Part shown: in pieces, positions 43,031 to 53,459 of the stretch | Position numbering within the stretch: position 1 is the first letter of the stretch | Layout of the letters: each line of letters begins with the position of its first letter | Source of the DNA: Nitrospirota bacterium | Lineage (GTDB): Bacteria; Nitrospirota; UBA9217 | Length of the DNA: 64,000 nucleotides | Assembly (NCBI GenBank): GCA_963737155.1 | Contig: CAVTRN010000002.1 | Span: 2,432,001-2,496,000, forward strand | Reading direction: 5' to 3' | Notes under the pieces: model-generated | What the model saw: only the letters and a program-made list of their open reading frames with translations | What the model was told of the DNA's origin: nothing | Databases searched by the model: none | Translations under genes and position numbers: made by a program

Positions 43031-43609
43031 ATGAACGAGTTGAAATTGGGAAACCCTGCTGTTGTCGGTCTTGCTGGATTCGGTATGACGACGCTCACTT
43101 TGCAATGTCATAACCTCGGATGGTGCGGCTTAGCTCCTGTTATTTGGCTCGGACTCTGCTTTGGTGGCACCGCTCAGTTGATCGCTGGATTGCTGGAATT
43201 CAAAACTGGTAACAATTTCGGTTTTTGCGCTTTCACCGGATACGGGGCCTTCTGGATATCGCTCTGTCTAATGCTAATTTTCGGCACGAATGCGGACCTG
43301 GTAAAAAGCTATTCCGTCCTAAAGTTCACGGGAACCGACTTGGGCTATTATCTTGTGATGTGGACTATATTCACCGCTATCCTCTTCGTGATTTCCATGA
43401 AGCACCATACTGTTCTGGCTCTTCTATTCCTGACGCTTTTGCTCGGGTTTTTTGGTCTGGACCTCAAGGAACTAGCCGAGAACGCTTTTGCGGGGACCCT
43501 TGCCGCGTACGATCTGCTGGTCTGCGGTGCTCTAGCGTTATACCTGATGATGGTTACGGTTGCGGCCGAATCCGGGATAAAACTGCCTGTCGGAGCGCCA
43601 TGGAGCTAG
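43031..43609 (+). CDS. satP: Acetate uptake transporter (GPR1/FUN34/YaaH family)
   Basis: LGNPAVVGLAGFGMTT, GG.AQLIAG, YGAFW. Confidence 0.9.
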   Translation: MNELKLGNPAVVGLAGFGMTTLTLQCHNLGWCGLAPVIWLGLCFGGTAQLIAGLLEFKTGNNFGFCAFTGYGAFWISLCLMLIFGTNADLVKSYSVLKFTGTDLGYYLVMWTIFTAILFVISMKHHTVLALLFLTLLLGFFGLDLKELAENAFAGTLAAYDLLVCGALALYLMMVTVAAESGIKLPVGAPWS

Positions 43610-43854
43610 GAGTTTTCATCGAGATTAAGAAAGGTGACTTTATCTGCTTCGATCTTTAAAAGGGTGTTGAAGCTCTCGGGAGATAGCTCCGGAGAATCTT
43701 TGATTCTTATCGTTAATATTATTTATCGTATTCGCTCGCTCCGCTCACTCTAGAATTCACATGCCCTGGAGGCGGATGGCCGTCCTTTACATTCCATTGT
43801 TTATTGTGTATTCTTTAGTTGGAAGTAGAAAGGCTAATCAGGGAGGAGAAAAGA

Positions 43855-45831
43855 ATGGCAAATGAAAACATTGATGTTCTCTCGACGGAAAAACGGACGT
43901 TTCCTCCGTCTAAGGAATTCAGCCAGAAAGCTATTATCAAGAGCATGAAAGAGTATGAGCAGATCTATAAGAAGTCGATCGAGGACCCGGAGAAATTTTG
44001 GGCCGACATGGCCGAGAAAAATCTTACGTGGTATAAGAAGTGGGACAAAGTGCTCGAATACGATTTCATGAAACCTTCGATCAAATGGTTTTCCGGCGGG
44101 AAGTTGAATGCCTCGGTGAATTGCCTCGACCGTTTCATTCATACTCCTACGCGCAATAAGGCAGCGCTCATATGGGAGGCGGACAGCGGCGCATATAAGA
44201 CCTATACCTACCAGCAGCTCTATTGGGAGGTAAACCGTTTCGCCAATGTGCTTAAAAAGAAGGGGGTCAAGAAGGGAGATCGCGTTACAATCTATCTTCC
44301 GATGATACCCGAGCTATCGATCTCTATGCTGGCCTGCGCGCGCATCGGGGCGATTCACAGTGTGGTATTCGGCGGGTTCTCGTCCAATTCGCTCAGGGAT
44401 CGTATCCAGGATTGCCAGTCGACAATGGTCATTACAGCCGACGAAGGGCTTCGCGGTGGACGGTTTGTACCTTTGAAGGCCAATGCGGACGAGGCGCTCC
44501 TCGAGTGTCCAACGGTCAAGGACATGATCGTGATCCAGCGGGCGGGAACTGGCAAAGTAAACATGGAACCTAAGAGGGACTCGTGGTGGCACGATGAGCT
44601 TGCGGCGAAAGACATAAAAAACTTCTGCGAGCCAGAAAAAATGGATGCGGAGGACCCGCTTTTCATCCTTTACACTTCAGGCTCCACGGGCAAACCCAAG
44701 GGAGTGCTTCATACCACAGGCGGTTATCTTCTTTTCACGAACCTTACCTTCAAGTGGATCTTCGACTATCATGACGAAGACATTCACTTCTGCACGGCGG
44801 ACATCGGTTGGGTCACGGGCCATAGTTACATCCTCTATGGACCGCTCAGCGCTGGTGCTACATCACTTATGTTCGAAGGAATTCCAACCTATCCCGATCC
44901 AGGCAGGTTCTGGGACATCGTGGACAAACATCAGGTAAATATCTTCTACACGGCTCCCACGGCGATCCGCGCGCTCATGAAGGAAGGGGAGAGTTGGGTC
45001 AGCAAGCATGATTTATCATCTCTCCGCGTTCTAGGCACTGTAGGCGAGCCCATCAATCCCGAGGCTTGGATGTGGTATCACAAAAATATAGGCAAGGAAA
45101 AACTTCCTATAGTCGATACTTGGTGGCAGACCGAGACTGGCGGCATCCTGATTACGCCGCTTCCTGGCGCCATAACGACGAAACCAGGCTCGGCGACACG
45201 TCCGTTCCCAGGCGTCGTGCCAAAAGTCGTGAAGGAAGACGGTTCTACGGCAGGCGTGAATGAGGGCGGTTATCTCGTCATCGAAAAACCCTGGCCGGGC
45301 ATTCTCCGCGGAACCTATGGCGATCCCGAGAATAAGCGCATGAAGGAAGTATATTTTAGCAGGTTTGCGGGCAAATACTTCACAGGCGACGGTGCACGAG
45401 TAGATGAAGACGGTGACTACTGGCTCATGGGACGAGTGGACGATGTTATCAACGTGTCCGGTCACCGCCTCGGCACCGCGGAGGTTGAATCAGCGTTGGT
45501 AAGCCATGAGGCAGTTGCGGAGGCTGCGGTTGTTAGCTACCCGCACGACATCAAAGGCGAGGGCATCTATGTGTACGTAACTTTGAAAGAAGGCCATAAA
45601 CCTTCAGACGAGCTTAAGAAGATCCTGACAGGCCACGTTCGCTCCGTCATCGGTCCGATCGCCACGCCAGACAAACTCCAGTTCGCTCCCGGCCTGCCGA
45701 AGACAAGAAGCGGCAAGATCATGCGCCGTATTCTGCGCAAGATCGCCCACAACCAAGTGGAGGATATCGGCGACACATCAACACTTGCTGATCCAACAGT
45801 TGTGGAAAGCCTGGTGAAAGGCAGGGTATAG
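43855..45831 (+). CDS. acs: Acetyl-CoA synthetase (AMP-forming)
   Basis: [42 protein letters not shown]; ATG at 43855 after GGAGGAG. Confidence 0.97.
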   Translation: MANENIDVLSTEKRTFPPSKEFSQKAIIKSMKEYEQIYKKSIEDPEKFWADMAEKNLTWYKKWDKVLEYDFMKPSIKWFSGGKLNASVNCLDRFIHTPTRNKAALIWEADSGAYKTYTYQQLYWEVNRFANVLKKKGVKKGDRVTIYLPMIPELSISMLACARIGAIHSVVFGGFSSNSLRDRIQDCQSTMVITADEGLRGGRFVPLKANADEALLECPTVKDMIVIQRAGTGKVNMEPKRDSWWHDELAAKDIKNFCEPEKMDAEDPLFILYTSGSTGKPKGVLHTTGGYLLFTNLTFKWIFDYHDEDIHFCTADIGWVTGHSYILYGPLSAGATSLMFEGIPTYPDPGRFWDIVDKHQVNIFYTAPTAIRALMKEGESWVSKHDLSSLRVLGTVGEPINPEAWMWYHKNIGKEKLPIVDTWWQTETGGILITPLPGAITTKPGSATRPFPGVVPKVVKEDGSTAGVNEGGYLVIEKPWPGILRGTYGDPENKRMKEVYFSRFAGKYFTGDGARVDEDGDYWLMGRVDDVINVSGHRLGTAEVESALVSHEAVAEAAVVSYPHDIKGEGIYVYVTLKEGHKPSDELKKILTGHVRSVIGPIATPDKLQFAPGLPKTRSGKIMRRILRKIAHNQVEDIGDTSTLADPTVVESLVKGRV

Positions 45832-45922
45832 TTAGAAAAAACAGGTATCACCTTCCGTGAACAGGTCGCTGACTGGTAAACCGGTGGCCTCTCTTTCGCG
45901 GGAATGGTTTTTTTCAATAGTT

Positions 45923-45966
45923 AAATGCCTCCTTGCGGCTTGTAGCTGCAAGGAGGCATTTTTTTG
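45923..45966 (+). terminator. Rho-independent terminator after acs
   Basis: AAATGCCTCCTTGC-loop-GCAAGGAGGCATTT followed by a T-run. Confidence 0.85.
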
Positions 45967-46195
45967 TTTTCCTATAATAGCATATATGTAATGGATGTGA
46001 ACTTCATAATCATATGCCCACTCATCCGGCATTCACACAGCGTATCCGGTTTTTGTTCATCGACTCGCGCATTTGTTCTACGGTTCTTTCAAGCGCCATC
46101 TCTCGATGACACCCTGGCGCTTTGCTGCCCCTTCACTTCTATCAGGTTGGGGAGAAGGCTTGCACTTCCAAGCTTTCAAACATACTCAGCGCACT

Positions 46196-46226
46196 AAAAA
46201 AGCCCTCACGGAAACCGTGAGGGCTT
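46196..46226 (-). terminator. Rho-independent terminator after the c7 cytochrome gene
   Basis: AAGCCCTCACGG-TTT-CCGTGAGGGCTT + T-run on the minus strand. Confidence 0.85.
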
Positions 46227-46245
46227 ACTATCGGATAATGACATC

Positions 46246-46569
46246 TTACTTCTGGTGGCATTTGCTGCAATTGGCCGCGTCTTTCACGGAGAAAGCCTTG
46301 GTCCCGTTGTGGCAAGCACCGCAGAACTTGCCTGCATTCATGTCATTCATTGTCATGACATCCGCGCCCTTCTTCATCTTGAAAAGGCCAGACGAATGAC
46401 AATCAGCGCACTTTAAACCCGCTTTAGCGTGGACTGTACCGCTAAACATAACCTTGCCAGCTCCACTGGGTTCAAATGTCAGCTCCTTGCCAGACGGTAC
46501 CGCGAATGCAGTCATTGCCATGATGAGGGAAATGACAACTACTAGCGCCAACATAAAACTTTTTTTCAT
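46246..46569 (-). CDS. Periplasmic c7-type triheme cytochrome c
   Basis: Sec signal; CADCH, CGACH, CSKCH; M..M.AGKFCGACHNG..AF signature. Confidence 0.9.
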   Translation of the reverse strand: MKKSFMLALVVVISLIMAMTAFAVPSGKELTFEPSGAGKVMFSGTVHAKAGLKCADCHSSGLFKMKKGADVMTMNDMNAGKFCGACHNGTKAFSVKDAANCSKCHQK

Positions 46570-46677
46570 TAGTATTTCACCTCCTTCCTTTGTAAGGTTC
46601 GTCAAACACTGATTCTCAGGTACGGACCGAAAAACTAACAGGTTTTTCGTTCTGCACCGCGCTCAAAACCCAAGGGT

Positions 46678-47691
46678 TTAAAGAAACGCCTTCGGACTAC
46701 GGTACTCGTGACAGGTAACGCATTCTTTCTTTGCTGAAGCTTCAGTAATCGTCCAGAGATGCGGCTTGTGGCAGTCCTTGCACTGCATGTCCATTTTAAG
46801 ATGCAGGTTGTGTTTGCCGACCTTCGCTATATCGTTGTGACACCGCAGGCAATCCTCGCTCGTGGGCTTCACTTTGCCCGGCGTATGCGGCTTATGACAC
46901 TCATAACAGTAGAACTGCATCGGTGACTTATCGCTATATTGGATCTTGATGGCCTTCTTAATGATCGTCGAGTCTGGCTGGAAGAAGCGCACATCCATCG
47001 TTCCGTCTGCAATCATTTGCTGCCGGATGCTATCATCACTGCTATGGCAGAAGAGGCATTTCTTCCTACCAGGCTTGATGTCCGTCGTGCGATCGGTATG
47101 ACAGTTGATGCAGGCAAGTCCTTCCATGCCTACGCCATGCACCAGTTTGCCCGGATGGCACTTCAGACAGAACTTTTCCGTAGGGAGGAAGTGGTGCAAT
47201 CCGCTCTTGTCCGCCTTGATCTCACCATGGCACTGGGTGCATTCGATCTGCTCCATATACACATGCTTGGCATGGAATATGGATTTGTTGATTTTTTCGC
47301 CCGGGCCCTGAGTATGGCATTCGTTACAAACCTTCTGACCTACGATAACCTTTCCATGTCGAGCAGGGACAGCGTTCGGCCTGTGGAGCACAAAACTGAT
47401 GAGCAGTTGGTTCTGTTCAGGGATAGTCAAATGATGGCATTGATGACAGCTGAGTGATTTGTGTTCGCTCCGTGACCAGCTATCGTATGCCGGCTGCATC
47501 AAGTGGCATCCAACGCAAAACTTCGGATTGTTCTGGGTGAAATCATAAAACTTATAAGCAACAAAACCGCCGCTGAATACAATAAAAAGGAGAAGCGCAG
47601 AAATAAGCATTTTCGCTTTCAGCGAAATAGGCTCCTTAATCCGCTCCATAAACCGTGCAACTTTACCCTTGAACCATTCCATCAACTTCAT
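46678..47691 (-). CDS. Membrane-anchored 11-heme cytochrome c with NapC/NirT-like N-terminus
   Basis: One N-terminal TM helix; P.FC..CH.M...Y.SW..S.H; 11 CxxCH counted. Confidence 0.88.
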   Translation of the reverse strand: MKLMEWFKGKVARFMERIKEPISLKAKMLISALLLFIVFSGGFVAYKFYDFTQNNPKFCVGCHLMQPAYDSWSRSEHKSLSCHQCHHLTIPEQNQLLISFVLHRPNAVPARHGKVIVGQKVCNECHTQGPGEKINKSIFHAKHVYMEQIECTQCHGEIKADKSGLHHFLPTEKFCLKCHPGKLVHGVGMEGLACINCHTDRTTDIKPGRKKCLFCHSSDDSIRQQMIADGTMDVRFFQPDSTIIKKAIKIQYSDKSPMQFYCYECHKPHTPGKVKPTSEDCLRCHNDIAKVGKHNLHLKMDMQCKDCHKPHLWTITEASAKKECVTCHEYRSPKAFL

Positions 47692-47746
47692 GTTCCCCCC
47701 CAACAAGCAAAATTATAACTTGAGTTTACCACATACTAAGCGTGCA

Positions 47747-47858
47747 TTTATAACATACCAAAAAGTTAATGTCAATACTTTATAGGAGTATTTAAGTAAA
47801 TATATTGCCATCGCATATGCCATATTGTCTTGACAATTTTTTTTGCTTTTGTTACCGT
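47747..47858. promoter_or_regulatory. Divergent promoters between the 11-heme cytochrome and Rieske genes
   Basis: Minus: TTGACA-17-TATAAA (47775-47747). Plus: TTGACA-17-TACCGT, overlapped by inverted repeat ATTGTC-TT-GACAAT (47824-47837). Confidence 0.55.
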
Positions 47859-47901
47859 GTGATAACATTATAAAAAAATTTAATATCCACGTGGAGGAAC
47901 G

Positions 47902-48315
47902 ATGAACAGGCGTAGATTCCTTAAAATGATTTTAGCCTTTCTCGGATCGGTCACTTTTCTTTCCTTTGCTTTTTCTTTCTTGAAATATCTCACATCAATT
48001 CCCGCCAGAACAACGGCCGCTAACAAACTCACTATTCGAAAGGACGCAATCGCCTCTGGAGACGCGATGAATGTCGTCTATCAGAATAATCCCGCCATCG
48101 TAATCAACCGTCCCGAGAAGGGATTCATTGCACTTTCACTCACTTGCACGCACCTTGGCTGTGTTGTCGAATTCATTAAAAGCAGGCAGATATTACTGTG
48201 TCCCTGTCACGCTGGGACGTACGATCTCGAGGGGAACGTCATGTCAGGACCGCCGCCGAAACCATTGACGGCTATTCCGCTGAAAATCGAAGGCGATTCA
48301 ATAATAATAGGGTGA
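47902..48315 (+). CDS. Rieske 2Fe-2S subunit of a bc-type complex
   Basis: Tat-like NRRRFLK; CTHLGC and CPCH boxes; GPPP.PL. Confidence 0.93.
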   Translation: MNRRRFLKMILAFLGSVTFLSFAFSFLKYLTSIPARTTAANKLTIRKDAIASGDAMNVVYQNNPAIVINRPEKGFIALSLTCTHLGCVVEFIKSRQILLCPCHAGTYDLEGNVMSGPPPKPLTAIPLKIEGDSIIIG

Positions 48316-48319
48316 GACA

Positions 48320-49411
48320 ATGTGGAAGAAAATAAGACAATGGCTTGATGTGCGAATCGGTCTGGATAATATCATCCAGACCCAGGTAATTGACTATCGC
48401 ATCCCGAAGAACACTAATATTTTGTATACGCTCGGTTTTCTCGCTGTCGTGGCTTATGGTATTCAAGCGTTGACCGGGATTCTGCTCCTTATTTACTACG
48501 TCCCCCACCCGGAACATGCATTCGGGAGCGTACAGGACATTATGACGAAAGTCCCCTACGGCTGGTTATTCAGGGAAATGCATGCTGTAGGCAGTAACCT
48601 CATGATCATGGTCGTAATGCTCCATATGGTGACCGTTTTTCTCATGGGAAATTACAAGCGGCCGAGGGAATTGACCTGGTTTGGCGGCGGGCTGATACTA
48701 ATCATTACCGTAATCTTCGGCCTGAGCGGATATTTACTTCCCTGGACCCAGCTGAGCTACTGGGCGACAACGGTTGTGACTTCAATGCCGACGGCATTTC
48801 CTGTCATCGGGGAACCTATCTCCCGGATTCTGAGGGGTGGAGATTATGTGACGGCGACAACGCTCAGCAGATTCTTCGCGCTTCATGTGGCGATCTTGCC
48901 TCCCATTTTCCTGGCCCTCATGGGGGTGCATTTGTTCCTGATCAACCGGATTGGCATTTCTGCCACTCCCTTCGGCAAAATTGATGAGGAAAAAAGACCG
49001 CTGACCGAATACAAAAGAAAAACCTATCCCGACGGGTATCCTTATTATCCGGCCTTTTTTAAGAAGCAGATGTACATGATGATGGCGTATTTCGCCATTA
49101 TGTTCTTCATCATCACATTTTTACCAACGCTCTTTTTCCCCGACGAAGCGAACATGCCGGCAGACCCGTTCCATACACCGCTGGCAATCAAACCTGCATG
49201 GTACCTGCTGGCACCCTATCAGCTCCTCAAGATGATCCCAAATAAATTTTTCGGGATTATGCTTCAACTGATCCTGGTCATCGTTTTTCTTTTATGGCCG
49301 TTCCTGGATATCCAAAAGGAAAAAAACGTCTTCAAGCGACCGGTTTTGAGGGGCGTTTTCCTGTTCCTGCTTATCACGTGGGTCGTACTCTTGTTCTGGG
49401 GGAGGACGTAA
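48320..49411 (+). CDS. Cytochrome b (b6 + subunit IV fused)
   Basis: GWLFREMH...LHM, GYLLPW.Q.SYWA, RFFALH...H, PAWY. Confidence 0.94.
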   Translation: MWKKIRQWLDVRIGLDNIIQTQVIDYRIPKNTNILYTLGFLAVVAYGIQALTGILLLIYYVPHPEHAFGSVQDIMTKVPYGWLFREMHAVGSNLMIMVVMLHMVTVFLMGNYKRPRELTWFGGGLILIITVIFGLSGYLLPWTQLSYWATTVVTSMPTAFPVIGEPISRILRGGDYVTATTLSRFFALHVAILPPIFLALMGVHLFLINRIGISATPFGKIDEEKRPLTEYKRKTYPDGYPYYPAFFKKQMYMMMAYFAIMFFIITFLPTLFFPDEANMPADPFHTPLAIKPAWYLLAPYQLLKMIPNKFFGIMLQLILVIVFLLWPFLDIQKEKNVFKRPVLRGVFLFLLITWVVLLFWGRT

Positions 49412-50244
49412 TGAGATACCGCATCCTTTGGGGAATTCTGCTGTTCATGCTTCCCTTGACCGTGCATGCGAACTACCAGCAGGAATTCGAGAACGAATTT
49501 CTTACAAAACCCTGGGTTGGTGTACAGGTTGAGCAGAATTTCTGTATATCCTGCCATTCCTCGGAACAAATGAAACCGGAATTCAGGTCTATTCCCGAAG
49601 AATGGCGGGCCAGTTGGCATGCCCAGAATAACGTATCCTGCGAGCACTGCCATGGAGGCGATTCAAAGGATGCGGCTATGGCTATGTCGCCTCAGCGGGG
49701 GTTCCTCGGCAGCCCACAGTATAAAGATGTCCCTGAATTTTGCGGTAAATGCCATATCGCCATCCTCACCAATTTTCTCGAAAGCGACCATGGGAAAGCG
49801 CTCAAGGCCGGTAAAAAGGCTCCTAATTGCGTGGTCTGCCACGGGTCCCACAACATCCAGAAGGCCAGCATTAATATCATCAGTGTCCAGCTCTGCACAA
49901 AATGCCATTCCTACGAACGGGCCAAGATTATGAAACAAGCGCTGTTCCTTACCGAGACGAAAATCGGAGAGCTTGGGAACAAGCTGGAGGAACTGAAGCA
50001 CGAAGGCATCTATCCGGAAGCCGATGAAAAGAGCCTGTTCAGCACACAAGCGGAATTCCGCGCGCTTTTCCATACCGTTGATGTCAACCTGGTGAAGAAC
50101 AGGACCGATGAATTTACGACCAAGCTGGATCAGATCGACAAAAACATCCAGGCTACTTACCGATCGCTGAAATTCAGAAAAAATTTCTCGGCATTTCTCA
50201 TGCTTTCCTTTGCGGGGATGGGTATCGTCCTCTTCCTGCTGTGA
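49411..50244 (+). CDS. Pentaheme cytochrome c with C-terminal membrane anchor
   Basis: Signal peptide, 5 CxxCH, C-terminal TM; TAATG overlap with cytochrome b. Confidence 0.88.
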   Translation: MRYRILWGILLFMLPLTVHANYQQEFENEFLTKPWVGVQVEQNFCISCHSSEQMKPEFRSIPEEWRASWHAQNNVSCEHCHGGDSKDAAMAMSPQRGFLGSPQYKDVPEFCGKCHIAILTNFLESDHGKALKAGKKAPNCVVCHGSHNIQKASINIISVQLCTKCHSYERAKIMKQALFLTETKIGELGNKLEELKHEGIYPEADEKSLFSTQAEFRALFHTVDVNLVKNRTDEFTTKLDQIDKNIQATYRSLKFRKNFSAFLMLSFAGMGIVLFLL

Positions 50245-50590
50245 CGTAATAAAAATGAGTAAGAAGTGGCCTTTATCCTCGCGGGGAATGCAACGGCAGC
50301 AGAGTAATGAAAATTATTTGGCTTTATTAGAACGTTTTTAGAAGCGCACGGAAGGCGGGATATGCGGGGCAACTATCCGGATAGACGGAAGACAACGGTT
50401 CTTGAACCATATTAAACCTCATACTGGATACATGATCCCCTGATCAGCTTCGCCTAACCTTGACTTTTCTTTCACAAACACTATCGGTTCTGGCCAAGCA
50501 CTTTCCCATTCGGAACAACAAGTGAGTTAGCTTTTCAGCCTGGCGCAAAACATGAAAAGGCTGTTCCCCGCTCCACTCCCAGATGGATCA

Positions 50591-51814
50591 TCAAGCTTTT
50601 CTATCAGTGGTCTCGAACCGTAGCTTTCCCGTATAGATAGGCACCGCAAACTTAAGCAGCAATGTGTACAGCAGAGCACCGGTTGCCCAGATTCCCATGG
50701 TAACAAGGATCTCCGACTTCGTGGGCGAATATTCATAAATTTCGCCCAGCGCATCAGGCACAAACCCCGGGACCACAAGTCCCATTCCCTTTTCGATGTA
50801 AACGCCCATAATAATGAGCATACAACCAATATTAAGCGTTGTGAAGTTTTCCCTGGTCTTCGGGAAGAGGAAAAGGAAGAATGCCGTGGTATTCATTATG
50901 GTTGCGGCCCACATCCAAGGTACGAGGCTTGTTTTCCCATGAAGGCCGATATACAGGTATTGGATTGAATAGCTGTCAACACCGCCGGAATAAAATTCCT
51001 TGAACGCTTCGGCACCCAGGAGGAACAGGTTAATGGCCATAGCATAGGCGATCAATTCCGCAATTTTGAAGATTGCCTTGTTGTCAATATCGACTTCGGA
51101 CCGCTTCCTAATGATTTGAAACAGGATCAGCATGATGGCCGGGCCTGAGCAGAACGCTGAAGCAAGAAACCGCGGGGCCAGGATGGAAGCATTCCAGAAT
51201 GGGCGGGCGGACAACCCATTATAGAGAAAAGCGGTCACTGTGTGAATGCTGACTGCCCATGGGATAGAGAGAATGATAAGCGGCCCGATCACGGCCATAC
51301 TATATTCCTTCCCGATCGAAAGACGGTAGAGAACGTAAAAGGCTATGATGCTGTTGATGGCAAGATAGCCGTTCAAGACAACCACATCCCAGGCAAGCAG
51401 CGACGCAGGAAAATGCATGGCGCCGATGAACGGCAAAATATGCCAGACTCGGAGAGGCTGGCCCATATCGACCATGATGAAGAGGATGCACATCGTGATC
51501 GCCGTAATAGCGAGCAGTTCCCCGAACAGCACAATTTCCTTGATTGGTTTGAAATTATAGAGATAGGCAGGAACTACCAGTAGTACGGCCGCGGCGGCAA
51601 CGCCGACTAGAAAGGTAAAATTTGATATGAACAGGCCCCATGATACCTGGTCCCTCATCGCCGTCGTGATCAGACCTCGATTTAGTTGGTCAAGGTAAGC
51701 ACTGAAACCCAAGATGATGAAAAAAGAAAGGAATGCGACCCACAGGTAGTAGGCGCTATTCCCGATGAAAATCTGACGCAAGGCGATAAAGAAGTTTCTA
51801 AGCATGCTTCTCAT
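50591..51814 (-). CDS. NrfD/PsrC-family membrane subunit (DsrP-like)
   Basis: SWGLFI.NFTFLVGVAA, VDMGQP, IPWAVSIHTVTAFL, APRFLASAF.SGPA. Confidence 0.88.
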   Translation of the reverse strand: MRSMLRNFFIALRQIFIGNSAYYLWVAFLSFFIILGFSAYLDQLNRGLITTAMRDQVSWGLFISNFTFLVGVAAAAVLLVVPAYLYNFKPIKEIVLFGELLAITAITMCILFIMVDMGQPLRVWHILPFIGAMHFPASLLAWDVVVLNGYLAINSIIAFYVLYRLSIGKEYSMAVIGPLIILSIPWAVSIHTVTAFLYNGLSARPFWNASILAPRFLASAFCSGPAIMLILFQIIRKRSEVDIDNKAIFKIAELIAYAMAINLFLLGAEAFKEFYSGGVDSYSIQYLYIGLHGKTSLVPWMWAATIMNTTAFFLFLFPKTRENFTTLNIGCMLIIMGVYIEKGMGLVVPGFVPDALGEIYEYSPTKSEILVTMGIWATGALLYTLLLKFAVPIYTGKLRFETTDRKA

Positions 51815-51825
51815 GAGCGAGCCTC

Positions 51826-52755
51826 CTACACTCCGTACGCGAAGAAATAGTAGAACTTGGGATTGGTGTTCAGGTCTTCCTTCAACCGGAACACTCTCTT
51901 GTGTTCTATGGCATACCGGATCTCACTGTCCGGGTCAAGCAGATTGCCAAACTTCCTCGCGCCCACAGGACAGGCCTCAACACAGGCCGGATAGCGACCA
52001 TTCCGTGTACGCTGGATGCAGAACGTGCATTTTTCCACCACTCCCTTATAGCGCGGGCGGTTCCCGAGATAGTGCGTCTGCGGGTTGATCTCATCACTCT
52101 TCCGGCCCGGCTCTGTCCAGTTGAAATGACGTGCCCCATAGGGACAGGCGGCCATGCAGTAACGGCACCCGATGCACCAGTTATAATCGACGACCACGAT
52201 CCCATCGGGCTCTTGCCATGTAGCCTGTGTCGGACAGGCTCGAACGCAGGGCGGGTTTTCGCACTGCTGGCACTGAACCGGCATGTAAAAATATTCCGGC
52301 TCGGGCACCAGCTCGGGGTTGTAGTATTTCTCCGAGTTTTCCAGGTCGACCCACTTCTCTCCCTTTTTGAACCTGAGGACCGATATCCAGTGAATCTGCG
52401 GGTCCTTGGACTGATTATTCTCATCCACGCAGGCGTACTCGCATCGCCTGCATCCGATGCACCGGGAGAGGTCGAGGCCGTATCCGAACAGAACACCGGG
52501 AAGCGCTTTTTCATTTCCGACTTTGATCGCTATTTTATATTTTTCCTCGTACTCCTGCTCCAACCGTCCGATGACCTGTTTGATCTCCGCATCGTTCATT
52601 TCCTTGAAGTGTTTCTGGAAAAAAGATTCCCAGAAAGACGCATCCGCTTTATGGAGCGGGACAGCTGTACCCGCCAGTCCGAGGGCGGCGCCTTTCAAAA
52701 AACTCCTGCGGTCAAGATGTATCCCGTCTCTTTTTTTTGTGATTTTTCGCATCAT
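51826..52755 (-). CDS. Tat-exported 4Fe-4S dicluster protein (NrfC/DsrO-like)
   Basis: DRRSFLK; CIGCRRC..AC, CQQC.NPPCV.ACP, CIGCRYC..ACP, CTFC...PACVEACP. Confidence 0.9.
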   Translation of the reverse strand: MMRKITKKRDGIHLDRRSFLKGAALGLAGTAVPLHKADASFWESFFQKHFKEMNDAEIKQVIGRLEQEYEEKYKIAIKVGNEKALPGVLFGYGLDLSRCIGCRRCEYACVDENNQSKDPQIHWISVLRFKKGEKWVDLENSEKYYNPELVPEPEYFYMPVQCQQCENPPCVRACPTQATWQEPDGIVVVDYNWCIGCRYCMAACPYGARHFNWTEPGRKSDEINPQTHYLGNRPRYKGVVEKCTFCIQRTRNGRYPACVEACPVGARKFGNLLDPDSEIRYAIEHKRVFRLKEDLNTNPKFYYFFAYGV

Positions 52756-52781
52756 TCGCCTCGTCGTGTTATTACACTTTA

Positions 52782-53303
52782 TCACCTTATATCCGTCGGC
52801 CTGACCGGTGGAGGTAGCGGCTTGATCGGTTTGAACCGTGGTCCATGCGGCCAATGGCAGTGCACACAGAGCCGGTATTGTTTCTCCCCGTTCCACATAC
52901 CAGTCCTCTTTCCGTGTAGACCGGCTTTCCACTCACGCAGAATCGTACCATGACATTGGCCGCAAAGAATATAGGATTCCTCAAAGCTGACCAGTTTGCC
53001 ATTTGCGAGCCGCAGCTTGTCACGGTTGTCGGGGTTGTGACAATCAAAACACCAGCCGCCCGGTATATGTTTCAGCGATTCCGCGATCTCCTGGTGCATT
53101 TCAAGCTTTCGCGGTTTTTTGTTTACAGGCATACCAGCGTGACATTGTGAACAAGGGAAGATACCTGGAGTAAAGGGAGGCGGCGGTACAAAGAATTTTT
53201 TCGGGATTTCTTGTTCTTCCGCGAGGAGGCTTGCTGAAGAAAGGACGAGCGCAAGGAATGCAATGAGACAAAAAAGCCAGCGAACTTTGCTTTGTTTTTC
53301 CAT
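52782..53303 (-). CDS. Tetraheme cytochrome c
   Basis: Signal peptide; CSQCH, CFDCH, CGQCH, CVHCH. Confidence 0.88.
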   Translation of the reverse strand: MEKQSKVRWLFCLIAFLALVLSSASLLAEEQEIPKKFFVPPPPFTPGIFPCSQCHAGMPVNKKPRKLEMHQEIAESLKHIPGGWCFDCHNPDNRDKLRLANGKLVSFEESYILCGQCHGTILREWKAGLHGKRTGMWNGEKQYRLCVHCHWPHGPRFKPIKPLPPPVRPTDIR

Positions 53304-53409
53304 CGTATCCCCTCATTTCTGGTTTGGGGCCAGCTCAATGCAATTTATTGTGCATTTATTGTAAGACACCTCGGGAGAGATTGCAAACTAAAATTTCAAT
53401 TTGACCGCG

Positions 53410-53446
53410 GTTCTCTCCCGGGCACTATTAACTCCCGGGAGAGAAC
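53410..53446. terminator. Strong hairpin between the two NrfD modules
   Basis: GTTCTCTCCCGGG-11nt-CCCGGGAGAGAAC; no clear U-tract on the minus strand. Confidence 0.5.
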
Positions 53447-53459
53447 GTTTAAGATTGTA

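Noticed and set aside
52756-52932. Apparent N-terminal extension of the FeS protein
   Set aside because: Overlaps the upstream cytochrome; the Tat motif position supports a start at 52755.
51901-52953. 350-aa plus-strand ORF
   Set aside because: Antisense shadow of the FeS and cytochrome genes, like most other overlapping short ORFs in the track.
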